Below, piece after piece: positions 1-11,326 of a stretch of DNA of 64,000 nt. The notes beneath the pieces were generated by a model. It was not told where the DNA came from and searched no databases. It worked only from the letters and a program-made list of their open reading frames with translations. The position numbers were made by a program, and so were the translations under genes. The stretch's first letter is position 1, and every line of letters starts with the position of its first letter. Source of the stretch: an uncultured Alphaproteobacteria bacterium (GTDB lineage: Bacteria; Pseudomonadota; Alphaproteobacteria; VGEJ01); assembly GCA_913041535.1 (NCBI GenBank), contig CAJWJK010000001.1, forward strand, positions 267,557 to 331,556. Direction: 5' to 3'.

Positions 1-1
1 G

Positions 2-250
2 CCCGATTGCTTCCTCAATGGAATAACACGCCGTACCGTAGTCGATCTAGCGCGTGCGCGTGGATTTAAAATCGTTGAGCGGCGAATTTTTCCAGATGAA
101 CTAGCAGGCGTGGATGAGGTTTTCCTGACTGGTACTGCAGCGGAAGTAACTCCTATTGGTGAAATTGATGCGCGTAATTTTCAGGTCGGTCCGATTACAC
201 GTGCTTTAATGGAAGACTATGAGGCTTTGGTTCGGCGGCAAGCGACCTAA
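2..250 (+). CDS. ilvE: Branched-chain amino acid aminotransferase (class IV PLP), 3' part only
   Basis: Manual translation of frame 2: PDCFLNGITRRTVVDLA...DEVFLTGTAAEVTPIGEID...QAT*. LxGITR and FLTGTAAEVTP are class IV aminotransferase motifs. Truncated by the window edge. Confidence 0.9.
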   Translation, partial: PDCFLNGITRRTVVDLARARGFKIVERRIFPDELAGVDEVFLTGTAAEVTPIGEIDARNFQVGPITRALMEDYEALVRRQAT

Positions 251-281
251 AAATAATTATTAGCATATTAAAGAGGAAAGT

Positions 282-581
282 TTGATGCCCTTTCTCATAC
301 TTACAACGGATAAGCCAGACTCCCTTGATCTCCGTAATGATTTGAGGCCAACTCATCTTGATTATCTTACCTCGCATCAGGATAAACTGTTAGCTGCGGG
401 TGCCCTGTTGAATGATGACGGGTCTGGAGGCCACGGCGGCTGTATCATACTGGATACGGAAGATCGTACTGTGGCAGAGAGCTTCATAGAAAATGATCCG
501 TTTACGATAAATGGCTTGTTCTCTGAGATAAAGTTGACGCGTTGGCGAAAAGGGTTCTTTGATAGCAAGAAATGTATCTGA
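282..581 (+). CDS. YciI family protein
   Basis: 99 aa; DKPDS..LR..LRPTHL, AG.LL.DDG and F..NDPF...GLF motifs; adjacent to ispZ/yciB. Confidence 0.85.
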   Translation: MMPFLILTTDKPDSLDLRNDLRPTHLDYLTSHQDKLLAAGALLNDDGSGGHGGCIILDTEDRTVAESFIENDPFTINGLFSEIKLTRWRKGFFDSKKCI

Positions 582-623
582 ATTAGTTTTCACTAATGAT
601 AATGGCACTCAGATGATGTAACC

Positions 624-1178
624 TTGATGAACCCAATTGCTAGAATTCTCGTTGAAGTAGGTCCGCTTGGCATTTTTTTCATTGTTAATGGAATCTATGG
701 AATATTCGAGGCAACAGCTGCTTTTATGGTAGCAGTGATTGCTTCTCTCATTTGTTCATGGCTTTGGGAACGTCGTATTCCCCCAATGCCTTTGGTTAGC
801 GGTTTAGTTGTGCTCGTGTTTGGTGGGCTAACGCTATATCTGCAAGATGAAACTTTTATCAAGGTAAAGCCAACAATCGTAAACGCAATGTTCGGGATTA
901 TTATTCTCGGAGGTTACGCATTAGGAAGATCGGTTCTAAAGCCCTTATTTGGGCACGCGTTTCAATTGACAGACGAGGGATGGACTAGGCTGTCTGTACG
1001 TTGGGGTGTGTTCTTCCTATTTCTTGCAGCACTTAATGAGCTTGTTTGGCGGAGTGTTGATACGGACACATGGGTAAGCTTCAAGGTTTTTGGCATATTA
1101 CCTTTGACTCTAATTTTTGCTATTTCCCAGACGCCATTGCTGAATCGGTATCGGGTGGACAATAAGCAGCACGAGTAA
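624..1178 (+). CDS. ispZ: Inner-membrane septation protein IspZ/YciB
   Basis: Hydrophobic; GPL..FF, FGGLTL, FIK.KPTI, W..L..RW, NE.VWR and WV.FKVFG motifs. Confidence 0.92.
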   Translation: MMNPIARILVEVGPLGIFFIVNGIYGIFEATAAFMVAVIASLICSWLWERRIPPMPLVSGLVVLVFGGLTLYLQDETFIKVKPTIVNAMFGIIILGGYALGRSVLKPLFGHAFQLTDEGWTRLSVRWGVFFLFLAALNELVWRSVDTDTWVSFKVFGILPLTLIFAISQTPLLNRYRVDNKQHE

Positions 1179-1349
1179 TACTGGGGTTTGGGATGGTGGT
1201 AGCGAATACAGAGAGTCCGACCCTACCCCAAAAGACACGAGATCCACTTTAATTAATGCCAACGTGTAAGTAACGATGGATCGATGATTATCAGTAATTC
1301 ATTGGGAGGACCGATGTAGTATTGGTATTTGGCGGTGTTTGCCAAAGGG

Positions 1350-1898
1350 TCAGGTGTTTTCACGATTAATTATCGCAGAGGTGTCATCTGGTTGGGTAGC
1401 GGGTACAAGGATGGTCTGGTCTCGCACTTCGTTATGGCGGTTTAGTGCCCAAGTAACGCTTGGAAAAGCGATAGAACTCCAAGGGATCTGTGACCACTCC
1501 ACTAGGCGTGCCTCTGAGCTTTCGGGGCCAGGATTAAGGTAAGGGTCTTTAAGGTAAGCTCGAAAAATGAGCTGGATCTGGCTTATGTGGCTCAAGGAGT
1601 ACACGGCAAGAAGGCCGTCGATCGTGATGCGAACTCCTGCCTCTTCTAGGGCTTCGCGAGCTGCGCCTTGTTCTGCTCCTTCATAAAGCTCTAGATAGCC
1701 AGCAGGAACTGTCCAGTACCCCATACGTGGCTCAATAGCGCGACGACATAGAAGGATCTTATCGTGCCAGGTGCATACTGCACCTACGATTACCTTTGGG
1801 TTCACGTAGTTGATAAACCCGCAGTCACGGCAAACAAGCCGCTTCCGATTGTCACCTTCCGGCGTGTCTTCGTGGATGGGGCCGAGAGCGCTCGCCAT
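1350..1898 (-). CDS. NUDIX hydrolase with N-terminal zinc-ribbon-like segment
   Basis: Nudix box AGYLELYEGAEQGAAREALEEAG; R..C..CG.I.Y.NP.VIVG. Start moved to ATG 1898. Confidence 0.85.
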   Translation of the reverse strand: MASALGPIHEDTPEGDNRKRLVCRDCGFINYVNPKVIVGAVCTWHDKILLCRRAIEPRMGYWTVPAGYLELYEGAEQGAAREALEEAGVRITIDGLLAVYSLSHISQIQLIFRAYLKDPYLNPGPESSEARLVEWSQIPWSSIAFPSVTWALNRHNEVRDQTILVPATQPDDTSAIINRENT

Positions 1899-2283
1899 AT
1901 AGCAACTTATACTCGCCAACTGGAGTATCAACAACGTAATTTAAACAGATTCTAACAAGTCAACTATTCGGCATACGACAGGTAACGAGTAGACATATGA
2001 AACAGGCAATAGCACACTATACTATGGAGGGAAGAGGTTTCATTATTTTTTTGATTACTATTACCTGTTCCGCGGGCTAATTGATTCCATATATAATAGT
2101 ATTGGCAATTGGATATGGTGATTATCTATGGGAATGGGCAATCATAATGGTTGACAAACTGGCCCGCTCTTTCTGTCTACTGTATGGATTTCGGATTCCT
2201 CAAAAGAGTCCTGGTTTTTCTGGAGGTTGGTGCATATCGAGTCGCCGGTGGGGGGCTCTAGTTTGTGTGGAACGGATTTTGTG

Positions 2284-4215
2284 ATGTCAGACATAACCTC
2301 GCATAAAGTCAATATTAGGCTCCCGGACTCTAGTATCCGAACGTATGATGGACCGGTAACTGGTCACTCTATTGCAGCTGACATTGGTGCAGGACTTGCT
2401 AGGGCCGCACTTGCAGCAAAAGTGGACGGAAAAATTGTGGACCTCCAACTGCCAATAGAAAAGGACGCTTCGGTTTCTATAGTTACTCTTAAAGATCCTG
2501 ATGTGCTTGAGCTTTTACGGCATGATGCTGCTCATGCACTTGCCGAGGCAGCTAAGGAACTATTTCCCAACATACAGGTGACGATTGGACCTGCAATCGA
2601 CGACGGTTTTTATTACGACTTTTCACGAGAGGACCCCTTCACTCCCGACGATCTTGAGTCGATGGAAACGCGGATGAGAGAAATTGTGGATCGTGATGAG
2701 GTGATCAGCCGTGAGGTGTGGGAGAAAGATCAAGCCATTCAATACTTTGAATCGGTAGGTGAATATTATAAAGCTAAGATAGTGGCTGATCTTCCCAATA
2801 ACGAACCAATTACTATTTATCGTCAGGGTGAATTCACTGACCTTTGTAGAGGGCCCCACCTTCCTTCCACTGGGCGATTAGGGAAAGCTTTCAAGTTGTT
2901 GAAGGTTTCAGGTGCGTATTGGAGAGGTGATTCTCGCAATGAGATGCTGCAACGGGTCTACGGCACGGCTTGGCGCGACAAAAAAGAGCTAGATGGTTAT
3001 TTGCATCGTATCGCTGAAGCTGAACGTCGGGATCATCGGCGTTTGGGTCGAGAGATGGGCTTGTTTCATCAACAGGAAGAAGCGGCAGGCATGGTGTTTT
3101 GGCACCCCAATGGGTGGCAGCTGTACAGGACTATAGAAGCGTTTGTCCGGACGCGTCTTGAAGAAGGGGGGTACATAGAGGTTAAGACCCCACAATTAAT
3201 TGACCGAAGCCTGTGGGAGGCATCAGGGCATTGGGATAAATTTCGAGAGAACATGTACAGTATGGAATCCGAGGAGAAGACGTTCGCTTTGAAGCCAATG
3301 AATTGTCCTGGTCACGTTCAGGTTTTTCGCCAGGAGTTAAAAAGCTACAGAGATTTGCCGTTGCGGATGGCGGAGTTTGGTTCATGTCATAGATATGAGC
3401 CGTCAGGGGCATTGCACGGGCTAATGCGTGTTAGAAACTTTAACCAAGATGATGCCCACATTTTCTGCACTGAAGATCAAATAAATGTTGAAACTGAGAA
3501 GTTTGTGCGGTTGCTGTTGAGAATATACAGCGACTTTGGATTTGATGATGTTAAGGCAAAATTTTCTGATCGGCCACAAGTCCGAGCTGGGACTGACGAA
3601 ATATGGGATAGGGCGGAGAAGGCCTTGAAAGGAGCAATTGAGTCTATAGGACTTGATTGCGAATTGAATCCCGGTGATGGCGCGTTCTATGGTCCCAAGC
3701 TTGATTTTGTTCTTACGGACGCCATTGGTCGCCAATGGCAATGCGGAACACTTCAAGTGGACTTTGTTCTGCCGGAACGCTTAAATGCGAATTATATTGG
3801 TCAGGATGGTGATAAACACCGTCCGGTAATGCTGCACCGAACAGTGCTGGGATCATTTGAAAGGTTTATCGGTATCCTTATTGAACAGTATGCTGGTCAC
3901 TTCCCACTTTGGCTTGGACCAGTTCAGGCCGTTGTGGCGACAATTACAAAAGAGGGTGATCAGTACGCTGAAATCGTTGCGGATCAGTTATCGAATGCGG
4001 GTTTGCGCGTGCGTACTGATCTTCGGAACGAAAAAATTGGCTACAAAGTGAGAGAACATTCTCTCGCAAAAATTCCGATTATTCTTGCGATTGGGAAGAA
4101 GGAAGCAGAAAACGGTACAGTCTCTTTGCGCCGACTTGGTTATAAAGAGCAAGAAAGCCTTGTTCTGGCGGACGCAGTGACTAGACTAAGGGCTGAAGCA
4201 AGCATACCTGTGTAA
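2284..4215 (+). CDS. thrS: Threonyl-tRNA synthetase
   Basis: TGS domain, RHDAAH editing motif, DLCRGPH, KPMNCP, GAFYGPK and [12 protein letters not shown] 2284 chosen as start. Confidence 0.98.
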   Translation: MSDITSHKVNIRLPDSSIRTYDGPVTGHSIAADIGAGLARAALAAKVDGKIVDLQLPIEKDASVSIVTLKDPDVLELLRHDAAHALAEAAKELFPNIQVTIGPAIDDGFYYDFSREDPFTPDDLESMETRMREIVDRDEVISREVWEKDQAIQYFESVGEYYKAKIVADLPNNEPITIYRQGEFTDLCRGPHLPSTGRLGKAFKLLKVSGAYWRGDSRNEMLQRVYGTAWRDKKELDGYLHRIAEAERRDHRRLGREMGLFHQQEEAAGMVFWHPNGWQLYRTIEAFVRTRLEEGGYIEVKTPQLIDRSLWEASGHWDKFRENMYSMESEEKTFALKPMNCPGHVQVFRQELKSYRDLPLRMAEFGSCHRYEPSGALHGLMRVRNFNQDDAHIFCTEDQINVETEKFVRLLLRIYSDFGFDDVKAKFSDRPQVRAGTDEIWDRAEKALKGAIESIGLDCELNPGDGAFYGPKLDFVLTDAIGRQWQCGTLQVDFVLPERLNANYIGQDGDKHRPVMLHRTVLGSFERFIGILIEQYAGHFPLWLGPVQAVVATITKEGDQYAEIVADQLSNAGLRVRTDLRNEKIGYKVREHSLAKIPIILAIGKKEAENGTVSLRRLGYKEQESLVLADAVTRLRAEASIPV

Positions 4216-4278
4216 TGGACCTTGTCCTACAGGGGGTGTATTTTGAAATGGGAAGATTAAGTTAAGGGAGCGGACTAC

Positions 4279-4818
4279 ATAGCACGACGACCATTTGCGG
4301 CACCGCCGCCAACTTTAAAGGGACCACGCGTAAACGAGACGATAGACGCGCCAGAGGTTCGCCTGATTGATAGTGAGGGTGAGCCTGTGGGAGTCGTCAG
4401 CGTTGACGAAGGGTTGAGGCGTGCTGAGGCTGTTGGGCTTGACCTTGTGGAGGTTGCCCCTAATTCCAGTCCTCCTGTGTGTAAGATTCTTGATTACGGA
4501 AAATACAAGTATGAGGCTCAAAAGAAGGCAAATATTGCACGAAAAAGGCAGAAGACGTTTGAAGTTAAAGAAATAAAGGTGCGGCCAAGTATCGACGTCC
4601 ATGATTACGATGTAAAAATGCGATCGATGATCCGTTTTTTGAATGATGGTGATAAGGTTAAGGTAACTGTACGATTCAGAGGACGCGAGTTAGCCCATCA
4701 GAATTTAGGTCAGAGGGTATTAGAACGAATACGTGATGATCTTGATGAACTTGCTAAAGTTGAGCAATTTCCAAAAATGGAGGGGCGGTTGATGACAATG
4801 GTCATCTCTCCCCGCTAA
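4279..4818 (+). CDS. infC: Translation initiation factor IF-3 with non-canonical ATA start
   Basis: [22 protein letters not shown] and [12 protein letters not shown]. The frame is open upstream to ATA at 4279 ([21 protein letters not shown]), 8 nt after SD AAGGGAG. Confidence 0.93.
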   Translation: MARRPFAAPPPTLKGPRVNETIDAPEVRLIDSEGEPVGVVSVDEGLRRAEAVGLDLVEVAPNSSPPVCKILDYGKYKYEAQKKANIARKRQKTFEVKEIKVRPSIDVHDYDVKMRSMIRFLNDGDKVKVTVRFRGRELAHQNLGQRVLERIRDDLDELAKVEQFPKMEGRLMTMVISPR

Positions 4819-4958
4819 AATTGCAGATCGATTAGGCCATTAGAGTGCCTAAATTACAGCCATACGATACGTCACACTTGCGCGCTAAACATCAAAGTAG
4901 CGCTGCCGTGTGCAGAGCTAGAATTGTTCAAGTGTAGGCTATTGTCACAGTATTCTGT

Positions 4959-5939
<981 letters not shown>

Positions 5940-6056
5940 CTACAACTCCCAGTGCATATTACTCTTGATCGCAATTATCTATCCAATATTGTGTAACTAG
6001 ACCTATTTGCATCATGCTGCAAGTTTGGGTTTTAGTAATTGGGATAGCAAACTCCT

Positions 6057-6085
6057 CTTGAATGGGCGGAGCAAATGTCACATAT
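6057..6085 (+). promoter_or_regulatory. Putative RpoH (sigma32) heat-shock promoter of htpG
   Basis: CTTGAA-N16-CACATAT, ending 34 nt upstream of the htpG ATG; resembles the alphaproteobacterial RpoH consensus CTTGAA-N15/16-CCTATAT. Confidence 0.6.
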
Positions 6086-6119
6086 GGTGTGATAGAGTTA
6101 ACAAACAGGATACATAAAC

Positions 6120-7970
6120 ATGACCGAGGAAAGACATGAGTTTCAGGCTGAGGTCGGTCGTCTGCTTCAAATCGTTGCTAATTCCCTATACAGCGAGCAA
6201 GACATATTTCTTAGGGAGTTAATTTCAAATGCGTCTGACGCGTGTGAGCGACTCCGTTATGCAGCAATCACTCATCCTGATCTGATCGCTGAAGATCCAG
6301 AACTGTCTATTGTCATTAGTCTTGATAAGAAAAAGCGTAAGCTTGTGATAGCCGATAATGGCATTGGGATGAATCACGATGACCTGGTGGAGAGTTTGGG
6401 CACAATTGCTCGGTCCGGAACGATGGCTTTTCTTGACCAACTGCAAGATAAGACTGGCGTAAGTCAAATTGGCCAATTCGGTGTGGGTTTCTACTCTGCT
6501 TTTATGGTTGCGGACCAGGTGGAGGTGATGTCACGTAAAGCGGGTGATTCTAAGGCTTGGCGGTGGGTGTCAGATGGTGAAGGTGGCTATACGATAGCGG
6601 GAACGGAGGGACAAAATCGGGGTACGAGTGTTGTTCTGACTCTCAAGAAATCTGCAACAGAATTTCTCGAAGAGGATCGTTTAAGAAGTATTATTAAAAC
6701 TTACTCTGACCATATTGCACTTCCAATCGTACTCGAAGGTAAAGAAGGTGGAATGGTCAATACTGCCTCAGCTCTGTGGACTCGGCCTAAGAAAGATATT
6801 GATTCTGAACAATATACTGAATTTTACCGTCACGTTGGCCATTCCTTTGATGACCCTTGGTTGACTATTCACCATCACGTAGAAGGAAAAATTGAGTACA
6901 CACTTCTTTTGTTCATACCATCTACACCACCATTTGATTTGTTTGACCCGCAGAGACAACACCGTATTAAGCTCTATGTTAAGCGTGTTTTTATTACGGA
7001 TCAGTGTGAAGAATTAGTTCCCCCGTACCTGCGGTTTCTGCGTGGAGTTGTTGATTCTGAGGATCTTTCGCTCAATGTCAGTCGCGAGATGTTGCAGAAC
7101 AACCCCCTTTTAACAAAAATTCGAGCGGCGATTGTTAAGAGGGTATTTAGAGAGTTAACCAAGAGGGCAGATAAATCACCAGAGGAGTATTCTACTTTTT
7201 GGGGTAATTTTGGTGCGGTGCTAAAAGAAGCATTATACGAGGGTGGGGAACAAAGTGCGGATATTCTTAAGTTGGCCCGTTTTTACTCTACTGCCTCGAC
7301 GGAAAAACTTGTTTCACTTGAAGAGTATCTCGACCGCGCGAAGGAGGGTCAGAAGGCAATTTATACCGCCAGCGGAGATGATTTAGGAAAATTAAGACAA
7401 AGTCCTCAACTTGAGGGGTTTATGGCACGAGGTATCGAGGTGATACTATTTACCGATCCGATCGACGATTTTTGGCCGGCCAGGGTGGGTAACTATAATG
7501 AGATACCGTTTCAGTCTGTTACCCATGGGATAGCTGACCTAGAGTCAGTTGCCAAGAACTCTGATGATGAAAAATTGGAAAGTGTGGATGATGTTGACCT
7601 AGACACATTGATCGCATTACTCAAACTTAATCTTGGGGACGCGGTAAAAGACGTTAGGTCTTCCTCTCGTTTGACTGACAGTCCGGTTTGCTTAGTTGCT
7701 GATGAAAGCCAACTTGATATCCATCTAGAAAGAGTGCTCAAGCAGCATAAGCATATTGATAACACTGCGGCAAGAATATTAGAAATTAATCCTAGACACC
7801 CCCTTATCGTAGCACTAGACAAGCGGGCGAAATTGGAGGGAGCCGCAACCGACTTAGAGGATGTCGCACATCTTTTACTTGACCAAGCCTGTATACTAGA
7901 GGGCGATCCTGTGACGAGTCCGGGCGATTTTGCTCGTCGTTTATCCTCAGTCATTTCCAAGTGTTTATAG
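6120..7970 (+). CDS. htpG: Molecular chaperone HtpG (Hsp90)
   Basis: FLRELISNASDA, DNGIGM, LGTIARSGT, IGQFGVGFYSAF, LNVSREMLQ and LEINP.H. Confidence 0.98.
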   Translation: MTEERHEFQAEVGRLLQIVANSLYSEQDIFLRELISNASDACERLRYAAITHPDLIAEDPELSIVISLDKKKRKLVIADNGIGMNHDDLVESLGTIARSGTMAFLDQLQDKTGVSQIGQFGVGFYSAFMVADQVEVMSRKAGDSKAWRWVSDGEGGYTIAGTEGQNRGTSVVLTLKKSATEFLEEDRLRSIIKTYSDHIALPIVLEGKEGGMVNTASALWTRPKKDIDSEQYTEFYRHVGHSFDDPWLTIHHHVEGKIEYTLLLFIPSTPPFDLFDPQRQHRIKLYVKRVFITDQCEELVPPYLRFLRGVVDSEDLSLNVSREMLQNNPLLTKIRAAIVKRVFRELTKRADKSPEEYSTFWGNFGAVLKEALYEGGEQSADILKLARFYSTASTEKLVSLEEYLDRAKEGQKAIYTASGDDLGKLRQSPQLEGFMARGIEVILFTDPIDDFWPARVGNYNEIPFQSVTHGIADLESVAKNSDDEKLESVDDVDLDTLIALLKLNLGDAVKDVRSSSRLTDSPVCLVADESQLDIHLERVLKQHKHIDNTAARILEINPRHPLIVALDKRAKLEGAATDLEDVAHLLLDQACILEGDPVTSPGDFARRLSSVISKCL

Positions 7971-8181
7971 CAACCTGTGGAAGACTGTGCTTGATTCAAC
8001 ACTTATTGTACTGAAAAGGGGCCATTCGTAGATTAATGATTAGTTTTCGCCATTAGGTTTCCTTGTCCATATGGCTAATGTCCTGACTTCTAACAATTGT
8101 ACGCTTCTGGCAACACAAGGGGCGTGTTCCGAGTGGTGCGCAGCATCTTTCTCGTGACATGATTGCATGAAAACGTAACTA

Positions 8182-8270
8182 GGAGGGGTGCCGGAGTGGT
8201 CGAACGGGGCGGTCTCGAAAACCGTTGTGCGTTTTTCGCACCGTGGGTTCGAATCCCACCCCCTCCGCCA
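8182..8270 (+). tRNA. tRNA-Ser (anticodon CGA)
   Basis: Acceptor GGAGGGG/CCCCTCC-G-CCA; anticodon arm GCGGT-CT CGA AA-ACCGT; long variable arm; T-loop GGTTCGAATCC. Confidence 0.96.
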
Positions 8271-8596
8271 TTCTTGGATAACTGATGGTTCCAGCACTCC
8301 CGACCGGACTTCAATTCCAACACTGGTGAATCACACCTGCAAGGCTCGTAGGTGGAGAAGGATGAAACCAGTTCTTGCCTGTACACTTTGATACGGGAAG
8401 CAGATATGTTGGTGCAACTAATCTTTGGTGGGGCGGACTAGTTTCTTCTAATCAGGATTCGGTGGGAGACTTGGTTTGGGATAAGACCCAGTCATGGATG
8501 CGTGCGGAAGATAACTGAGACGGTTTGAGTTTTGTCTGACAACGCCGCCAATCTAGTGTTAGTAGAATTTCTGGCCTTATTATCATTTATCTGTAT

Positions 8597-8944
8597 TTAC
8601 ACAAGGTCCAAAATACTTTCAGGAGGACGCCCGATTACAGCTATGCCGTTAGCTAGTATGATTGGTCGTTGAATAAGTATTGGGTTGTCAACCATTGCGG
8701 AAATTAATTGTTCATCGCTGAGAGTTTTAGATCCAAGGTTAAGGTTGCTGTACGGTTCTTCATTAGTACGTATCACATCTCTAGGGGTCATATTTAGCTG
8801 TGTAATAATATCTTTCAGCTCGCCGTAGGTGGGCGGTGTTTGGAGGTATTCAATAATGGTTGGTTGGATGCCTGCGTTTAGCAATATTTCTAAACATCTC
8901 GTAGATTTACTACAGCTGGGATTGTGAAAAATCGTAATAGTCAT
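8597..8944 (-). CDS. arsC: Arsenate reductase (glutaredoxin-dependent ArsC/YfgD family)
   Basis: HNPSCSKS active-site loop, P.LIQRPI and GRPPE. Confidence 0.85.
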   Translation of the reverse strand: MTITIFHNPSCSKSTRCLEILLNAGIQPTIIEYLQTPPTYGELKDIITQLNMTPRDVIRTNEEPYSNLNLGSKTLSDEQLISAMVDNPILIQRPIILANGIAVIGRPPESILDLV

Positions 8945-8995
8945 GAAATACCCCCGAATGGTATTTGGTTGAGTTGGCGTGACCTAAGGTTTGTA

Positions 8996-9940
8996 TTACG
9001 CCCGCGTTAGTAGGTGTACAGAAAATAATTGGTTTTCATCAACCCAAACGGCTGTCGGTGCAAAGGAGGCAGATTTAGCGAGCGCCTGAAACTCTTCCAC
9101 GGTATATTTGTACGAATTTTCGGTATGTATGGTTTCATTAGGCTTTAAAGGAAAATGGTAATTGGATACCGTCAGCATTTGTTCACAAAGACTTACTAAA
9201 TGCATTTCTATACGCCCTTTGTCCTCATTGTAAGGAGCGATGTGTTTAAACTGATCTAGCTGTGCATTACCTTTTAATTCTCTATTAATTCGATCCAATA
9301 AGTTCTTGTTGAACTTCTCTGAAATACCAGAAGCGTCATTGTAGGCTGCTTCAAGAACTGACTTATCCTTTTTTAAATCAACTCCAATTATGGCGGCACC
9401 GCCGTGACCAACTACATTATGCATGCTGCGGAGTAGTACCTCAGCATCATCGGGTTCAAAATTACCAATAGTCGAACCAGGAAAAAAGGCACATAGCCTT
9501 TTTCCAGCTGATGCCCATAAAGGTAGATCAAATGAGCTTGTGAAGTCTCCAACGATTGGGTGTACAGTGAGGTCGCTATACTCGACACCAAGCGTATCTG
9601 ATGCTTGAAGAAGTTGTTCGTCCGCAACGTCTATTGCAATAAGTGCTTGAGGTTTATCTAAACTGTCCAGCAAGGTTCGTACTTTTGACATGGCTCCCGA
9701 ACCGTACTCGATAAGTATTACCTCGGGCCCAAGGTATTCCGAAATTTCTACAGCTGCAGTTTCCAGTATGCTAGATTCGCTTCTAGTAAGGTAATACTCA
9801 GGCAGGTCGCAGATTTGTTCAAAAAGCTTCGCTCCTCTTTTGTCGTAGAACCACTTAGGCGTTAGCCTTTTAGGCCTGTTTGATAGACCTAATACAACTT
9901 CTTGAAGAAATGATGTCTTCTCTGCAGGAATAAAATTCAA
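8996..9940 (-). CDS. egtD: L-histidine N(alpha)-trimethyltransferase EgtD
   Basis: K.L.PKWFYD..G..LFEQIC.LPEYY.TR.E, FFPGSTIGNF, AYND..G, RIEMHL and IHTENSYKY. TTG start. Confidence 0.95.
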   Translation of the reverse strand: MNFIPAEKTSFLQEVVLGLSNRPKRLTPKWFYDKRGAKLFEQICDLPEYYLTRSESSILETAAVEISEYLGPEVILIEYGSGAMSKVRTLLDSLDKPQALIAIDVADEQLLQASDTLGVEYSDLTVHPIVGDFTSSFDLPLWASAGKRLCAFFPGSTIGNFEPDDAEVLLRSMHNVVGHGGAAIIGVDLKKDKSVLEAAYNDASGISEKFNKNLLDRINRELKGNAQLDQFKHIAPYNEDKGRIEMHLVSLCEQMLTVSNYHFPLKPNETIHTENSYKYTVEEFQALAKSASFAPTAVWVDENQLFSVHLLTRA

Positions 9941-9978
9941 TTTTGGCCCCCTGTTTCTTTCCCACCTGAAGATAGTGA

Positions 9979-11274
9979 TTAGCCATTAGGTATAGAATCG
10001 GCAAGTCGAACACCACTAAATTGCCAACGATTCTGGGGATAGAAAAAATTTCTATATGTCGAGCGTATATGGCCTTCCGGAGTTACACAGGATCCCCCTC
10101 TTAGGACCATCTGATTTGACATAAATTTACCATTATATTCCCCAACCGCTCCTTGTTCCGGAGAGTAACCTGGATAAGGGCGATAGGCACTTGCGGTCCA
10201 CTCCCAAACGTCACCAAAGACTTGTTGTATTCCGTCTTTATAGGAGGACTCTGGATGGTACATACCGTTTCCAGAAAAATTGCCAGATCTTTTTAAAGGT
10301 GCTGCGATGACTTCCCACTCTTCTTCAGTAGGCAAACGTTTTCCGGCCCAACGAGCGTACGCGTCGGCCTCGAAAAAACTGATATGGCAGACAGATGAAT
10401 GTGGATCGAGGGGGTAAAGACCTGAAAGCGTGAAGGCATTCCAATGTCTTCCATCGCTTGATTCCCAGTATAAGGGCGCTTGCCAATCGTTTTTCTGACA
10501 TGCTGCCCAGCCATCAGAAAGCCATAGTTCTGGTCGCTTGTAACCACCGGCGAGTATGAACTCCAAAAATTCTTTGTTAGTTACGGGTCGGGTGGCGAGT
10601 TGGAAAGGTTCAAGCCACACGTTATGGCGCGGCTTTTCACAGTCAAACGCAAAGCTATTGCCCGAATGCCCTATTTCTTGGAGCCCGCCTTCATCCGTTA
10701 CCCAGTCCAGCTTGGAGGCATTCTTGCTGCTACATAGCTCATATTCGTGGTATTGAGGTTTTAGGGGATTGCACGAAAAAACATGTTTGATATCTGTTAG
10801 AAGTAGTTCCTGATGTTGCTGTTCGTGATGGATTCCAAGTTCAATAAGGTCAAGAGCTTGTGGAAGATTAAGGCTCTGGGTCTTCAGAAACTTCTTTAAC
10901 GCATCCTCAACATGTTGCCGATATCTATACACGTCACTAAGTGATGGTCGAGATAGAAGTCCGCGCTTCGAACGTTCGTGTCGGGGGCCCATTTGTTCGT
11001 AGTAGGAGTTGAATAAATATCCGTAATCTTCGTTAAACGCCGTATAGTCAAACACAAGGGGTTTTAAGACAAATGTTTCAAAGAACCAAGTGGTATGCGC
11101 TAAGTGCCATTTAGTGGGGCTTGCATCAGACATTGACTGAATGCATTGATCTTCCGCACTGAGAGGTTTTGAAAGTTCGTTGGTGATATTTCGAACTGCC
11201 CACAGATGATTGGAGATTGTTTCCATTCTTTCGCAAGAGTTTCGTGTTGACTGAATTGAATTATCACTCTTCAT
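9979..11274 (-). CDS. egtB: Ergothioneine sulfoxide synthase EgtB
   Basis: DinB-like SPTKWHLAHTTWFFE, iron motif HEQQHQE, FGE-sulfatase domain (RLPTEEEWE, GDVWEWT, RGGS). Start placed at ATG 11274, downstream of the tRNA. Confidence 0.95.
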   Translation of the reverse strand: MKSDNSIQSTRNSCERMETISNHLWAVRNITNELSKPLSAEDQCIQSMSDASPTKWHLAHTTWFFETFVLKPLVFDYTAFNEDYGYLFNSYYEQMGPRHERSKRGLLSRPSLSDVYRYRQHVEDALKKFLKTQSLNLPQALDLIELGIHHEQQHQELLLTDIKHVFSCNPLKPQYHEYELCSSKNASKLDWVTDEGGLQEIGHSGNSFAFDCEKPRHNVWLEPFQLATRPVTNKEFLEFILAGGYKRPELWLSDGWAACQKNDWQAPLYWESSDGRHWNAFTLSGLYPLDPHSSVCHISFFEADAYARWAGKRLPTEEEWEVIAAPLKRSGNFSGNGMYHPESSYKDGIQQVFGDVWEWTASAYRPYPGYSPEQGAVGEYNGKFMSNQMVLRGGSCVTPEGHIRSTYRNFFYPQNRWQFSGVRLADSIPNG

Positions 11275-11326
11275 TGTTTCGATACCTGGTGGCAGATGGT
11301 GGTCATCGGCTAGTTGATCTCCAAAT

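Noticed and set aside
1181-1230. Imperfect inverted repeat TGGGGT...ACCCCA after ispZ
   Set aside because: Long loop and mismatches; at most a weak terminator, and no RNA family was recognised.
2081-2284. 67-aa ORF upstream of thrS, considered as yidD or a leader peptide
   Set aside because: No YidD CRF.PTCS motif and no Thr enrichment; it overlaps the likely promoter region (TTGACA at 2151).
7511-8002. 163-aa ORF antisense to htpG; similar antisense ORFs over kdsD (26672-27265) and pheT
   Set aside because: Ser-rich shadow frames of well-supported genes, with no motifs.
8040-8391. Three short ORFs over tRNA-Ser(CGA); likewise ORFs over the other two tRNAs
   Set aside because: They are translations of tRNA sequence.
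8385-8410. GGAAGCAG resembling the SRP RNA core downstream of tRNA-Ser
   Set aside because: The preceding TCAGG..GNRA element and pairing arms are missing.
8543-8552. CCGCCA as a possible att duplicate of the tRNA 3' end
   Set aside because: Too short to distinguish from chance; no integrase present.
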